NCBI GenBank assembly: GCA_026415035.1
Contig: JAOAHX010000013.1
Coordinates: 13,717 to 77,716, forward strand
Source: Thermodesulfobacteriota bacterium
GTDB lineage: Bacteria > Desulfobacterota > BSN033 > UBA1163
Direction of reading: 5' to 3'
DNA: 64,000 bases
Below the pieces are notes generated by a model. The model did not search any database, had not been told where the DNA came from, and saw only the letters and a list, made by a program, of their open reading frames with translations. Positions 31,275 through 41,030 of the stretch are shown here, piece by piece. Within the stretch, counting starts at the first letter, position 1, and every line of letters starts with the position of its first letter. The position numbers and the translations under genes were made by a program.

Positions 31275-31546
31275 CACTCGTGATCACCCCAAAAGGTATA
31301 AATTTCTTCGGGGATTTGAGAAAAAGCCGTGATGTGAATTTTTTTACTTGCTTTTTATTTTTAGATGTGTAAAATGGGTTCGCCCTATAGAACATCGCCG
31401 GCCATTCAGAAGAGAAAAAAATTCGAGGAAAGGAGGTGATTCGGGGTTTCAAGCCCATCCGTTCGATCCATAAGTATTGAAGAAGGGTTCGATCTTGGAT
31501 CGAGATGTCAGACGCCTTTTAACTCATTCAAAGGGAGGGGAATGTC

Positions 31547-32755
31547 ATGAAGAAGTCGTTGATCTTTGCCGTCATCTTCGGAATCATCCTTGTCGGTCTT
31601 CCGTGGACGGGAGGGGCTCAACCCATCCGGGTCGGAGCGGTCATCAACCTGACCGGGCCTGCCTCCACTTGGGGACAATTCCACGCCAAGGGCCATACGG
31701 ACTATACGAAGTACGTGAATGAAGTGAAGGGAGGGGTGGCCGGAAGAAAGATCGATCTGACGATTGTCGATCATGCTTACAAACCTCCGGAAGGCGTCAA
31801 ACTGGTGAAGAAGTTCTGCGAGGAGAAAGTGGACATGATCGCCACCTGGGATGCCGGGACGGGCATCATGATCAAGCCCATCGTTCAGGAACACAAGATT
31901 CCCACCCTCAATTACTCCACCTTCCAGGGGCTTCTCAAACCCCCGATCGATTATATTTACCTACCTTTCGGAAGCTACGTCTTGGACTCCTATGCGGTTT
32001 TGGAATATATCAAAGCCATCCATAAGGGGAAAGATGCCCCCAAGGTTGGACTGCTGACCTACAACAATGCCTACGGCAAGGCGATCCATGACCCGAGCAA
32101 AGAGTATGCGGCCAAACACGGCATCAACATCGTGGGCATCGAGGAGTTTCCCCCGCCCACCGTCGACATCACCACGGAGGTCATGCGCCTGAAGGAGAAG
32201 GGGGCGGAATATCTCTTCGTCCAGATTCTCCCGGAGGCCATCATCCGGGCCCTGAAATCGATGGATCGGATCGGGTTTAACGTGCCGGTCTTCGGGACCT
32301 GGACCGCCACCGATCCCGACTTCTTCAAGCTTGGAAAAGGGGTGATTCGAGACCGCTTGGCCATGCAATTCTGCGGGGTGCTTCCCGGGGATAAGGTTTG
32401 GGGAATGAAGTTGATGGACGATCTCAAGACCCGGTACAAGACCGTGGACAAATTTGACACCTCTTACTGGGAAGGGGTGGTCATCGCCATGATCATGGAG
32501 AGGGCCATGCACCGGGCCTCGGGCCTCTACGGAAAGATCAATGCCGAGACGATCAACAACGCCTTGGAGACCTTCCGAAATGAGGATTTCGGAGGCCTCG
32601 TCCCCCCGATCACCTATACGAAGGAGAATCATGAGGGGTCCTTTATCGGAAGGATCGTCCAGATCCATGAGGATGCGACCTATACGCCGATGACCAACTT
32701 CTTCGTCCCGGGCAAGGGAGAGATCAAGGTCCTGAAGACGCTCAAAACGAAATAG
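31547..32755 (+). CDS. ABC transporter substrate-binding protein (LivK/HAAT family)
   Basis: Signal peptide, IRVGAVINLTGP, VNEVKGGVAGRKI, NAYGKA. Confidence 0.9.
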   Translation: MKKSLIFAVIFGIILVGLPWTGGAQPIRVGAVINLTGPASTWGQFHAKGHTDYTKYVNEVKGGVAGRKIDLTIVDHAYKPPEGVKLVKKFCEEKVDMIATWDAGTGIMIKPIVQEHKIPTLNYSTFQGLLKPPIDYIYLPFGSYVLDSYAVLEYIKAIHKGKDAPKVGLLTYNNAYGKAIHDPSKEYAAKHGINIVGIEEFPPPTVDITTEVMRLKEKGAEYLFVQILPEAIIRALKSMDRIGFNVPVFGTWTATDPDFFKLGKGVIRDRLAMQFCGVLPGDKVWGMKLMDDLKTRYKTVDKFDTSYWEGVVIAMIMERAMHRASGLYGKINAETINNALETFRNEDFGGLVPPITYTKENHEGSFIGRIVQIHEDATYTPMTNFFVPGKGEIKVLKTLKTK

Positions 32756-32794
32756 GTTTCAAAAAAAGCCCAAACCGAGGGAAAGGACATCTCG

Positions 32795-33622
32795 ATGAAA
32801 GCATTTCGGGGGACACCATCCATCTATGCCTTCGCTCAGCCCGGAGAACGCCGGGCTGAGCTGGAGGTCAAGAACATCACCTTGAACTTCGGGGGCGTCA
32901 TGGCCCTCCACAATGTCAGTCTGACCGTCCATACTGGGGAGTTCGTCAGCGTCATCGGCCCCAATGGAGCAGGGAAGACCAGCTTGATGAACTCCATCAC
33001 GGGCTACTATCACCCCCAAAGCGGAGAGATCCTCTTCAACGGGGAGAAGATCATGGGCCACCATCCCCACGAGATCACGCGCAAGGGGATCGGGAGGACC
33101 TATCAGAACATCGAGCTCTTTCCGGGGATGACCGTCCTCTCCAACTTGCTTCTGGCCCGGCATCTTTACTGCCGTTATGGGTTTGGCAAGGCGGCCCTCT
33201 TTTCCCGCTCGGTCCGGCAAGAGGAGGTCCGCCATCGCCAGGTCCTGGAGGAACTGATCGACTTCTTGGAGATGCAGCCCATCCGGAAGAAGTTGGTCGG
33301 TTCCCTTCCCTATGGACTCCGAAAGAGGGTGGAATTGGGCCGGGCCCTTGCCTTGGAACCCAAGCTGCTCGTTTTGGACGAACCCTTCGCCGGCATGACC
33401 CTCGAAGAGAAGGAGGACATGGTTCGATTCCTCCTGGAGCTCAACTCCGCATGGGGACAGACGATGATCCTTGTGGAACACGACATGTCCGTCGTCATGA
33501 GCGTCTCCCAGCGGATCATGGTCTTAAATTTTGGCGAAAAGATCGCCGAGGGGACGCCCGAAGAGATCCAGAACCACCCCGAGGTGATCAAGGCCTATTT
33601 AGGGGACACCACAAAGTTTTGA
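32795..33622 (+). CDS. HAAT ABC transporter ATP-binding protein (LivG-like)
   Basis: GPNGAGKT, RTYQNIELF, LPYGLRKRVELGRAL, LDEP, EHDM. Confidence 0.92.
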   Translation: MKAFRGTPSIYAFAQPGERRAELEVKNITLNFGGVMALHNVSLTVHTGEFVSVIGPNGAGKTSLMNSITGYYHPQSGEILFNGEKIMGHHPHEITRKGIGRTYQNIELFPGMTVLSNLLLARHLYCRYGFGKAALFSRSVRQEEVRHRQVLEELIDFLEMQPIRKKLVGSLPYGLRKRVELGRALALEPKLLVLDEPFAGMTLEEKEDMVRFLLELNSAWGQTMILVEHDMSVVMSVSQRIMVLNFGEKIAEGTPEEIQNHPEVIKAYLGDTTKF

Positions 33623-33648
33623 CCTCCCCCGTTACGGAGTTTTTCCCT

Positions 33649-35595
33649 ATGGAACTTCACAAAAACAGACGGTTTGACGAAGCGACGGTTCTCTCCCTGG
33701 CCCAGTTGACCCTGCCCCAGATCTTGGCCAAGCAGGCCGAACGCCTGGGTTCCCGTCAGATCGCCATCCGGGAGAAGATGTTTGGCATCTGGCTGGCCTA
33801 TACCTGGGAGGATTACCTCCGTTTCACGAAACAGGTGGCTTTGGGGCTCCATGCGCTGGGGCTCAAAAGGGGCGAGAATATCGGGCTCATCGTGAACAAC
33901 CATCCGGAGTGGCTCTTCAGCGAGATGGGGGCCCAGGCCCTGGGAGCGATCACCGTCAACATGTTCACCTCGGCGATCGCCAAAGAGCTGACCGTGATGC
34001 TCAATCGAATTCAGGCGGCTTTCGCGATTGTCCAGGACCAGGAACAGGTCGATAAGCTCCTCGAGATGAGACAGGAACTCCCCCATCTCCGGAAGGTGAT
34101 CTATATCGATCCGACCGGCATGAGAACCTATGCCAGCAACCCCTGGCTGATGAGTTTCAAGGACCTCCTGAAACTGGGGGAAGAGGTCGACCGGAAGGAG
34201 CCCTACCTGTTTCAAGAGGAGCTCTCCAAGGGCAAGCCCGACGAGGTCGCCTTGATGATCATGACCTCCGGGACCACTGGCATCCCAAAGCTTGCGATGA
34301 TCTCCCATCGAAGCTTCACCGAGATTGCAAGGAAATGGATCGAGACGGCTCCCATTGGCGTCGGGGACAACTGGATCTCGATCACCCCGACGGCCTGGAT
34401 CGTGGACCAGATGTGGGGCATGGGGGTTTCACCCCTCACCGGCATGACCATGAACTTCCCAGAGACCCTGGAGACCCAGGCGGAGGACTTTCGCGAGATC
34501 GGCCCGGTGATCATCATCACCTCTTCTCGGTTCTGGGAGGACCTGGCCTCGAAGATCCGGGTGAAGATGGCCGATGCGGGTTGGGTGAAACGGAAACTCT
34601 TCGATTTGGGCGAGAAGATCGGTGGGGCCGTGGTGGACAAGGAGTCGAAGAAAGAGGCCGTGCCCTTGTCTCTGAGGCTTCTCCATCAACTCTTCGCCAG
34701 GATCGTCTACCGCCCCCTCTTGGATCGGGTCGGCTGTGCCCAGATCCGCGCCGCGGTCACCGGCGGACACCCGATCAGCCCCGACGTGATCCGCTTCTTC
34801 AGGGCAAAGGGGCTCAACTTGAAACATGCCTATGGGCTCACCGAAGGGGGAGGGGTCTTCCAGGTGCAACCCGACCATGAAGTGAAACCGGAGTCCGTTG
34901 GCAAGCCCCTCCCGAGGACCGAGATCAAGATCGCCGAGGATCAGGAAGTGCTGGTGAAAACCCCCTCCTGCTTCGTCGGCTATTATCAAGACCCGGAAGC
35001 CACGAAGAAGGCCCTCCGCGACGGATGGCTCCACACGGGCGATGCGGGTTACATCGACGACGATGGTCACCTGCTCATCATCGGCCGCAAAGAGGAGATC
35101 ATGCGGACCAAGGCGGGCGAGGCCATCTCCTCGGATTTTATCGAAACGAGATTGAAATTCAGCCCTTACATCAAAGAGGCCGTGGTCTGGGGCGAGGGAC
35201 GGGATTACATCACCGGGTTCATCAACATCGACTTCGGAAACGTGGGCAGCTGGGCCGAGGACCGGATGATCCCCTATACGACTTACACCGACCTTTCTCA
35301 GCGGCCGGAGGTGGAGGAGCTGATCCTCGGTGAAGTTCGACATGTGAACACGCAGTTGCCGAGGCCGATGCGCTTGAGGAAGATCATCCTCCTCTATAAG
35401 CTTCTCGATGCGGACGACGAGGAGCTGACCCGGACTGGAAAGGTGAGGAGGAAGTTTGTCTATGAACAGTATCTCAATCTGATCGAAGCTATGTATAGCG
35501 ACCTGAAAGAGCTGGAGGTGACCGGAAAGGTCCGCTATCGGGATGGACACGTGGGAACGATCACCACCAAGGTGAGGATCTTGACGGTGGAGTAA
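33649..35595 (+). CDS. Long-chain acyl-CoA ligase (AMP-binding), embedded in the ABC operon
   Basis: TSGTTGIPK, AYGLTE, GWLHTGDAG, ELTRTGKVRR; start set at ATG 33649. Confidence 0.88.
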   Translation: MELHKNRRFDEATVLSLAQLTLPQILAKQAERLGSRQIAIREKMFGIWLAYTWEDYLRFTKQVALGLHALGLKRGENIGLIVNNHPEWLFSEMGAQALGAITVNMFTSAIAKELTVMLNRIQAAFAIVQDQEQVDKLLEMRQELPHLRKVIYIDPTGMRTYASNPWLMSFKDLLKLGEEVDRKEPYLFQEELSKGKPDEVALMIMTSGTTGIPKLAMISHRSFTEIARKWIETAPIGVGDNWISITPTAWIVDQMWGMGVSPLTGMTMNFPETLETQAEDFREIGPVIIITSSRFWEDLASKIRVKMADAGWVKRKLFDLGEKIGGAVVDKESKKEAVPLSLRLLHQLFARIVYRPLLDRVGCAQIRAAVTGGHPISPDVIRFFRAKGLNLKHAYGLTEGGGVFQVQPDHEVKPESVGKPLPRTEIKIAEDQEVLVKTPSCFVGYYQDPEATKKALRDGWLHTGDAGYIDDDGHLLIIGRKEEIMRTKAGEAISSDFIETRLKFSPYIKEAVVWGEGRDYITGFINIDFGNVGSWAEDRMIPYTTYTDLSQRPEVEELILGEVRHVNTQLPRPMRLRKIILLYKLLDADDEELTRTGKVRRKFVYEQYLNLIEAMYSDLKELEVTGKVRYRDGHVGTITTKVRILTVE

Positions 35596-35614
35596 ACAAG
35601 GGAGGATCGGGATT

Positions 35615-36493
35615 ATGGAATTCTTCGTTCAGCTTTTCATCCAGGGACTCTCCGTGGGCTTTCTCTACGGCATCGCCGCCCTGGGTTTCGTCATGATTTT
35701 CAAGTCCTCCAGCGTGCTCAACTTCGCCCATGGAGACCTTCTGGCCATGGGGGCCTTCTTCTTCTTGGTCCTCTCCGTCTGGTTGAAGTTACCCATCTAC
35801 CTCTCCTTCCTCTTCACCCTGATGGGGAGCTTCGCCATGGGTTTTATCATCGAACGTCTCTTCTTGCGGCCCCTGATCGGGGAATCCCTCATCCTGGTCA
35901 TCATGTTGACCGTGGGGCTCGCCTCGATGTTTAAAGGGCTGATGCTCTTCATCTTTGGGGGCAATCTGTTCGCCTATCCAGAGTTTCTGCCGGCCTACCT
36001 CGGGATCCAGGTGGGCAAGGTCGATATCCCTCCGGTCTACGTGGCCTCCTTCATCATCAGCATCCTCTTCCTCTCGCTCTTCGGCCTCTTTTTTAAGTAC
36101 TCCTCCCAGGGGATCTACATGAGGTCGGTCGCGGACAACCAGACCGCGGCCCTCTCCCTCGGGGTGCATGTGAGACGGGTCTTCGCCCTCTCCTGGGCGA
36201 TCGCGGCCCTGGTCTGCGCCATGAGCGGGATCATCCTCGGGATCATCAGCGGCGTCAATGTCCACAGCATCAGCATCATCGGCCTGAAGGTCTTCCCGGT
36301 GGTCATCCTCGGCGGTCTGGAGAGCATCGGCGGAGCCATCATCGGAGGCCTCATCATCGGGGTGTTAGAAACCTTCACAGGAGGATATATCTCCACCTCC
36401 CTCCGAGAGGTGGTCCCTTACATCATCCTGGTCTTTATCCTGCTGGTCAAGCCCTACGGCCTGTTCGGCCTGGTGGAGATCGAACGGGTCTGA
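35615..36493 (+). CDS. HAAT ABC transporter permease (LivH-like)
   Basis: LNFAHGD, VILGGLESIGGA, KPYGLFG. Confidence 0.92.
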   Translation: MEFFVQLFIQGLSVGFLYGIAALGFVMIFKSSSVLNFAHGDLLAMGAFFFLVLSVWLKLPIYLSFLFTLMGSFAMGFIIERLFLRPLIGESLILVIMLTVGLASMFKGLMLFIFGGNLFAYPEFLPAYLGIQVGKVDIPPVYVASFIISILFLSLFGLFFKYSSQGIYMRSVADNQTAALSLGVHVRRVFALSWAIAALVCAMSGIILGIISGVNVHSISIIGLKVFPVVILGGLESIGGAIIGGLIIGVLETFTGGYISTSLREVVPYIILVFILLVKPYGLFGLVEIERV

Positions 36494-36518
36494 TCGAGAC
36501 AGCCAAGAGGGAGGCGGC

Positions 36519-37589
36519 ATGCGGAAGCTACGATTACATCCCTGCGGAAACTACAAAGAAAGATACGAGGAGGAGCTCACCATCTTCGAGACCGACTTCG
36601 GAAGGATCTGGATGCTGGTGGGGCTGTTCGTCCTCTTTGTGTTGATCCCGCTGGTCAGCAGTTCCTACCTCCTCTACGTGATCAATCACATCGGGATCTT
36701 CGCCATCGCCGCCGTCGGCCTCAACCTCCTCATCGGCTTCACCGGCCAGATCTCCCTCGGCCACGGAGCCTTCGTCGGGGTGGGGGGGTATGCCGCTGCC
36801 ATCCTGACGACCCGTCTGGGCTTCCCCTTCTACCTATCGGTCATCTCCTCCGGGATCATCACCGCCCTCGTGGGGTTGATCTTCGGGCTCCCCTCCGCCC
36901 GCCTGAAACACCTCTACCTGACCATCGCCACCCTGGCCGGCCAGTTCATCCTCCAGTTCCTCTTCGTGAATTGGGAGAGCCTCACGGGCGGCTCCATGGG
37001 GATCATCCTGCCCAGGGCGACCCTCTTCGGCCTGAGCCTCAAAAGCGACCTCGCCTTCTTCTATGTCGTGTTCGTCTGCTTTGTGGCGATGCTCTGGATC
37101 GCTAAGAACCTCTTGCGGACGAGGTACGGTCGGGCCTTCATCGCCATCCGGGACAACGATCGGGCGGCCGAGGGGATGGGCATCCCCATCTTCAAATACA
37201 AGCTCCTCTCCTTTGCCATCAGCTCCTTCTACGCCGGCTTTGCCGGTGCCCTCTGGACCCACTATCTGGCCAGCATCACGCCCGATCCTTATACCCTACT
37301 GCTGTCGGTCGAATTCATCGCCATGATCATCATCGGCGGGCTCGGGAGCCTGACGGGCAGCGTCTTCGGGGCGATCTTCATCACCTCCCTCAACGAGAGC
37401 TTGAGCCATGCTTCGGAATTCTTCATGAACCTTCCGGCCCTGGCGGGCGTCGCCTTGACGATCGCTCCTCTTCGTGAATTCGTCTTCGGACTGGCCATCG
37501 TGCTCTTCATCATCTTTGAACCGAGGGGACTGGCAGAGGTGTGGCGGATCATCCGGTCCAGTTTCAGGCTCTGGCCATTTTCTTATTGA
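36519..37589 (+). CDS. HAAT ABC transporter permease (LivM-like)
   Basis: GFTGQISLGHGAF, YLTIATLA, GRAFIAIRDND, EPRGL. Confidence 0.92.
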   Translation: MRKLRLHPCGNYKERYEEELTIFETDFGRIWMLVGLFVLFVLIPLVSSSYLLYVINHIGIFAIAAVGLNLLIGFTGQISLGHGAFVGVGGYAAAILTTRLGFPFYLSVISSGIITALVGLIFGLPSARLKHLYLTIATLAGQFILQFLFVNWESLTGGSMGIILPRATLFGLSLKSDLAFFYVVFVCFVAMLWIAKNLLRTRYGRAFIAIRDNDRAAEGMGIPIFKYKLLSFAISSFYAGFAGALWTHYLASITPDPYTLLLSVEFIAMIIIGGLGSLTGSVFGAIFITSLNESLSHASEFFMNLPALAGVALTIAPLREFVFGLAIVLFIIFEPRGLAEVWRIIRSSFRLWPFSY

Positions 37590-37598
37590 GGGGGGATT

Positions 37599-38402
37599 AT
37601 GGAAGATCAAATCCTGCTCCAAATTAACAACATCAGCGTCGTCTACTCCGATGTGATCCAGGTGCTCAAAGGGGTCTCCTTGGTCGTCAAAAGGAGGCAG
37701 ATCGTCTCCCTTCTGGGCAGCAATGGCGCGGGGAAGACGACCACCTTGAAGGCCATCTCGGGTCTGTTAAAGCCTGAAAATGGTTATGTCACCGAAGGGT
37801 CGATCATCTACGAAGGCCATCCCATTCACAATTTCTCGCCCGAGAAGATCACCCGGTTGGGGATCATCCAGGTGATGGAGGGACGGCAACCCTTCAAATT
37901 GTTGACCGTTGAAGAGAACCTCCGCGTGGGGACCGCTACGAGGTGGGGCAAACCCTACAAGAAAGACCTCGAGATGGTCTATCACTACTTTCAACCCCTT
38001 CTGGCCCGGAGGAACCGGCTGGCCGGTTACTGCAGCGGCGGCGAGTTGCAGATGCTCGTCATGGGCCGGGCCCTCATGGCCCATCCCAAGCTCCTGCTCT
38101 TGGACGAGCCCTCCTTGGGTTTGGCTCCCTTCTTGGTGCGGGAGATCTTCGAGATCATCAAGAGGATCAACGAAGAGCAGGGGACGACGATCATGTTGGT
38201 GGAGCAGAATGCCAACATGGCCCTGCAGATTGCCACCTATGGCTATGTGATGGAGAACGGCAAGATCATGATGGAGGACGAGGCTGCCCGGTTGCGGGAA
38301 AACCCCGATGTCAAGGAATTTTACCTGGGAACCGCAACTTCAGGCGCCTTAAAATCCTACAAGGACGTTAAGGCCTACAAACGGCGCAAACGTTGGCTGT
38401 AA
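37599..38402 (+). CDS. HAAT ABC transporter ATP-binding protein (LivF-like)
   Basis: GSNGAGKTT, SGGELQM, LDEPSLGLAP, VEQNA. Confidence 0.92.
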   Translation: MEDQILLQINNISVVYSDVIQVLKGVSLVVKRRQIVSLLGSNGAGKTTTLKAISGLLKPENGYVTEGSIIYEGHPIHNFSPEKITRLGIIQVMEGRQPFKLLTVEENLRVGTATRWGKPYKKDLEMVYHYFQPLLARRNRLAGYCSGGELQMLVMGRALMAHPKLLLLDEPSLGLAPFLVREIFEIIKRINEEQGTTIMLVEQNANMALQIATYGYVMENGKIMMEDEAARLRENPDVKEFYLGTATSGALKSYKDVKAYKRRKRWL

Positions 38403-38474
38403 AAAAAGATCGAGGAGAGACCCCTCCTCGAAAACGCTAAGGGCGACGGCTGTCGCCAATTAATTGTTCTGAAT

Positions 38475-38492
38475 TTGTGAAATATTGCACCA
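38475..38492. promoter_or_regulatory. Rex-like operator TTGTGAAATATTGCACCA
   Basis: Two mismatches to TTGTGAA-N4-TTCACAA; about 50 nt upstream of the acyl-CoA ligase. Confidence 0.55.
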
Positions 38493-38539
38493 CAACCCTT
38501 CGATCCATTCCATTATGAAGCGTTAAGAAAGGGGGCTTT

Positions 38540-40123
38540 ATGGGAATGATGGACATCCATATCGGAGAGATGCTCGCACGAAATGCAAGGCTCTACCCCA
38601 ACGACGTCGCCCTGGTGGAGCGGGTTCCCGAAAAGGGGATCAGAAGGGAGATCACCTGGAGGCAGTTCGATGAACAGGCCAACCGTTTTGCCAATGTCCT
38701 GTTGAATAAGGGAATCAAGAAGGGGGATAAGGTCATCCACCTCATGATGAACTCCTTGGAATGGCTCGTGGCCTACTTTGGAATCATCCGGACCGGTGCC
38801 TGGGCCGTACCCCTCAATTTTCGTTTCACCAGTGGCGATATCAAATATTGCTGCGAGGTGGCCGAACCCAAAGGTCTGGTCTTCGGTGAGGAATTTATCG
38901 ATCGGGTGACCGCCATCAAGGACGAACTTCCCACGGTGAAGGACTACATCTTCGTCGGCAAAGACGTCCCCTCTTTTGCGGACTCCTTCGAACAGGCCCT
39001 CGAGAAGGTTCCTTCCACCGCGCCCGAGGTCCCTATTGGCTACGATGATCCCTGCGGCCTCTACTTTACCTCTGGAACGACGGGACAGCCGAAACCGATC
39101 CTCCTCACCCACAAGAACATGGTCTGTGCCTGCATCACGGAGAATCATCACCACTACCAGACTCGAAAGGACACCTTCGTCCTCATCCCACCCCTCTATC
39201 ACACCGGCGCCAAGATGCACTGGTTCGGGAGTTTCATCGTGGGCGGAAAAGGGGTGATCCTCAAAGGGGTTCAACCCGAATGGATCCTTCAAACCATGAG
39301 CGAAGAGAAGGCCTCCATCATCTTCCTGCTCGTCCCCTGGGCCCAGGATATCCTCGTAAAGCTCGATAGCGGTGAGGTCAAACTCGACCGCTATGACCTG
39401 AGGCACTGGAGGCTGATGCACATCGGCGCCCAGCCCGTCCCGCCCTCGCTGGTGAAACACTGGAAGGAGTACTTCCCCAAGATGCAGTATGACACCAATT
39501 ACGGCCTCAGCGAGTCGACCGGGCCGGGATGTGTCCACCTCGGCATCGAGAACGAACACAAGGTGGGCGCCATCGGCCTGCCGGGATTTAACTGGGAGGC
39601 CCGTATCGTGGACGAGGAAGGCAACGATGTCCGGAAGGGAGAGGTGGGAGAGCTGGTCGTCAGGGGAGACGGGGTGATGAGGGAGTATTATAAAAATCCG
39701 GAGGCCACGGCCAAGGCCATCCGGAAGGGTTGGCTCTATACGGGAGACATGGGAAGGGTCGATGAGGACGATTTCATCTACCTCGTCGATCGAAAGAAAG
39801 ACCTGATCATCTGTGGCGGTGAGAATGTCTTTCCCGTGGAGGTGGAGGATTTCCTTCACACCCTGCCCGGGGTCAAGGACGTGGCGGCCATTGGGTTTCC
39901 GGATGAACGCCTCGGGGAGATCGTGGGGGTTATCGTGGAGGTCGTCCCCGGGAAGACCCTGACCGAAGAAGAGGTGCTGAAGTTCTGCGAGGCCTTGCCC
40001 AAGTATAAACGGCCCCGGAAGGTCTTCTTCGGAGAGGTCCCCCGGAATCCAACGGGAAAGATCGAAAAACCGAAATTGAGAAAGAAGTACATCGGCACGG
40101 AGGAAGCCTTCCGGATCAAATAA
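38540..40123 (+). CDS. Acyl-CoA synthetase/AMP-acid ligase
   Basis: YFTSGTTGQPK, NYGLSE, GWLYTGD, GGENVFP, PRNPTGKIEK. Confidence 0.92.
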   Translation: MGMMDIHIGEMLARNARLYPNDVALVERVPEKGIRREITWRQFDEQANRFANVLLNKGIKKGDKVIHLMMNSLEWLVAYFGIIRTGAWAVPLNFRFTSGDIKYCCEVAEPKGLVFGEEFIDRVTAIKDELPTVKDYIFVGKDVPSFADSFEQALEKVPSTAPEVPIGYDDPCGLYFTSGTTGQPKPILLTHKNMVCACITENHHHYQTRKDTFVLIPPLYHTGAKMHWFGSFIVGGKGVILKGVQPEWILQTMSEEKASIIFLLVPWAQDILVKLDSGEVKLDRYDLRHWRLMHIGAQPVPPSLVKHWKEYFPKMQYDTNYGLSESTGPGCVHLGIENEHKVGAIGLPGFNWEARIVDEEGNDVRKGEVGELVVRGDGVMREYYKNPEATAKAIRKGWLYTGDMGRVDEDDFIYLVDRKKDLIICGGENVFPVEVEDFLHTLPGVKDVAAIGFPDERLGEIVGVIVEVVPGKTLTEEEVLKFCEALPKYKRPRKVFFGEVPRNPTGKIEKPKLRKKYIGTEEAFRIK

Positions 40124-40146
40124 GAGACCGTCTCTCCTGAATCAAC

Positions 40147-40941
40147 ATGGGGATTGCCCTCGGGATCGATATCGGATCGGCGGTTTCGAAAGGGGTGGCC
40201 CTCCATCCGGAAGGCCTCCTCAGCTCGTTCGATTGCCCCTCCGGTGGACATCTCCGATCGACCGCGGAAAAGGTGAGGACGGCCTTGTTGGAGCGTGCAG
40301 GAATCGCCGCCACCCAAAACCTTAGGACGGTGGCCACCGGGTACGGGGCCAAACAGGTCTATTATGCCGATGAGGTCAGACCCGAGGTCGCCTGCCTGGC
40401 CAAGGGCATCTCCTCACTCCTCCCTTCCGTGAGGACGGTGATCGATATCGGAGACCTCTATACCAAAGTCCTCCACACCGATGGGAAGGGGGGGGTAACG
40501 AACTTTGTTTTAAGCGGAAAATGCGCGGGAGGCAGCGGAAGGATCCTTCAGGTGATGGCCAAGGTCCTCCAAGTCAAGGTGGAGGAGATCGGTGAACTCT
40601 CTTTGAAATCGACCCGGAGGGTCGAATTTAACACCGGATGTGCGGTCTTTGCGGAGTCGGAGGCCATCTCCCGGCTCTCTCAAGAGACGAAAAAGGAGGA
40701 CCTCCTCGCGGGTCTCCACCGCGCCCTGGCAGCGCAGATCCAGAGCCTCGCCGAACGGATCGGCATCGAGAAGGATGTGGCCCTCACCGGAGGGGGCGCC
40801 CTGGACATCGGTCTCGTAGCGGCCTTCCGAGAGCTTTGGGGAGAGGCGATCCTGGTCCCGGCCAACCCCAATCTGGTGGCGGCCTTAGGCGCTGCCCTTT
40901 TTGCAAGGGAAGGGCTCGGCCCATCGATTGAAAGCCTCTAA
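40147..40941 (+). CDS. ASKHA acyl-CoA dehydratase activase / class I benzoyl-CoA reductase ATP-binding subunit-like (degenerate second phosphate loop)
   Basis: GIDIGS, ATGYG, KCAGGSG, CAVFAESE; IDIGDLYTK replaces IDIGGQD. Confidence 0.85.
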   Translation: MGIALGIDIGSAVSKGVALHPEGLLSSFDCPSGGHLRSTAEKVRTALLERAGIAATQNLRTVATGYGAKQVYYADEVRPEVACLAKGISSLLPSVRTVIDIGDLYTKVLHTDGKGGVTNFVLSGKCAGGSGRILQVMAKVLQVKVEEIGELSLKSTRRVEFNTGCAVFAESEAISRLSQETKKEDLLAGLHRALAAQIQSLAERIGIEKDVALTGGGALDIGLVAAFRELWGEAILVPANPNLVAALGAALFAREGLGPSIESL

Positions 40942-41030
40942 GGGATGGGATATAGTTAAATCATAGGGATCGAATTCGGGCGATCGGGAAAAAGGGTTCC
41001 CCGGAGGCCGGTTGAGAGAGGAGCGACTCG

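Noticed and set aside
33451..33648. N-terminal extension of the acyl-CoA ligase
   Set aside because: Overlaps the LivG-like gene; ATG 33649 is more plausible
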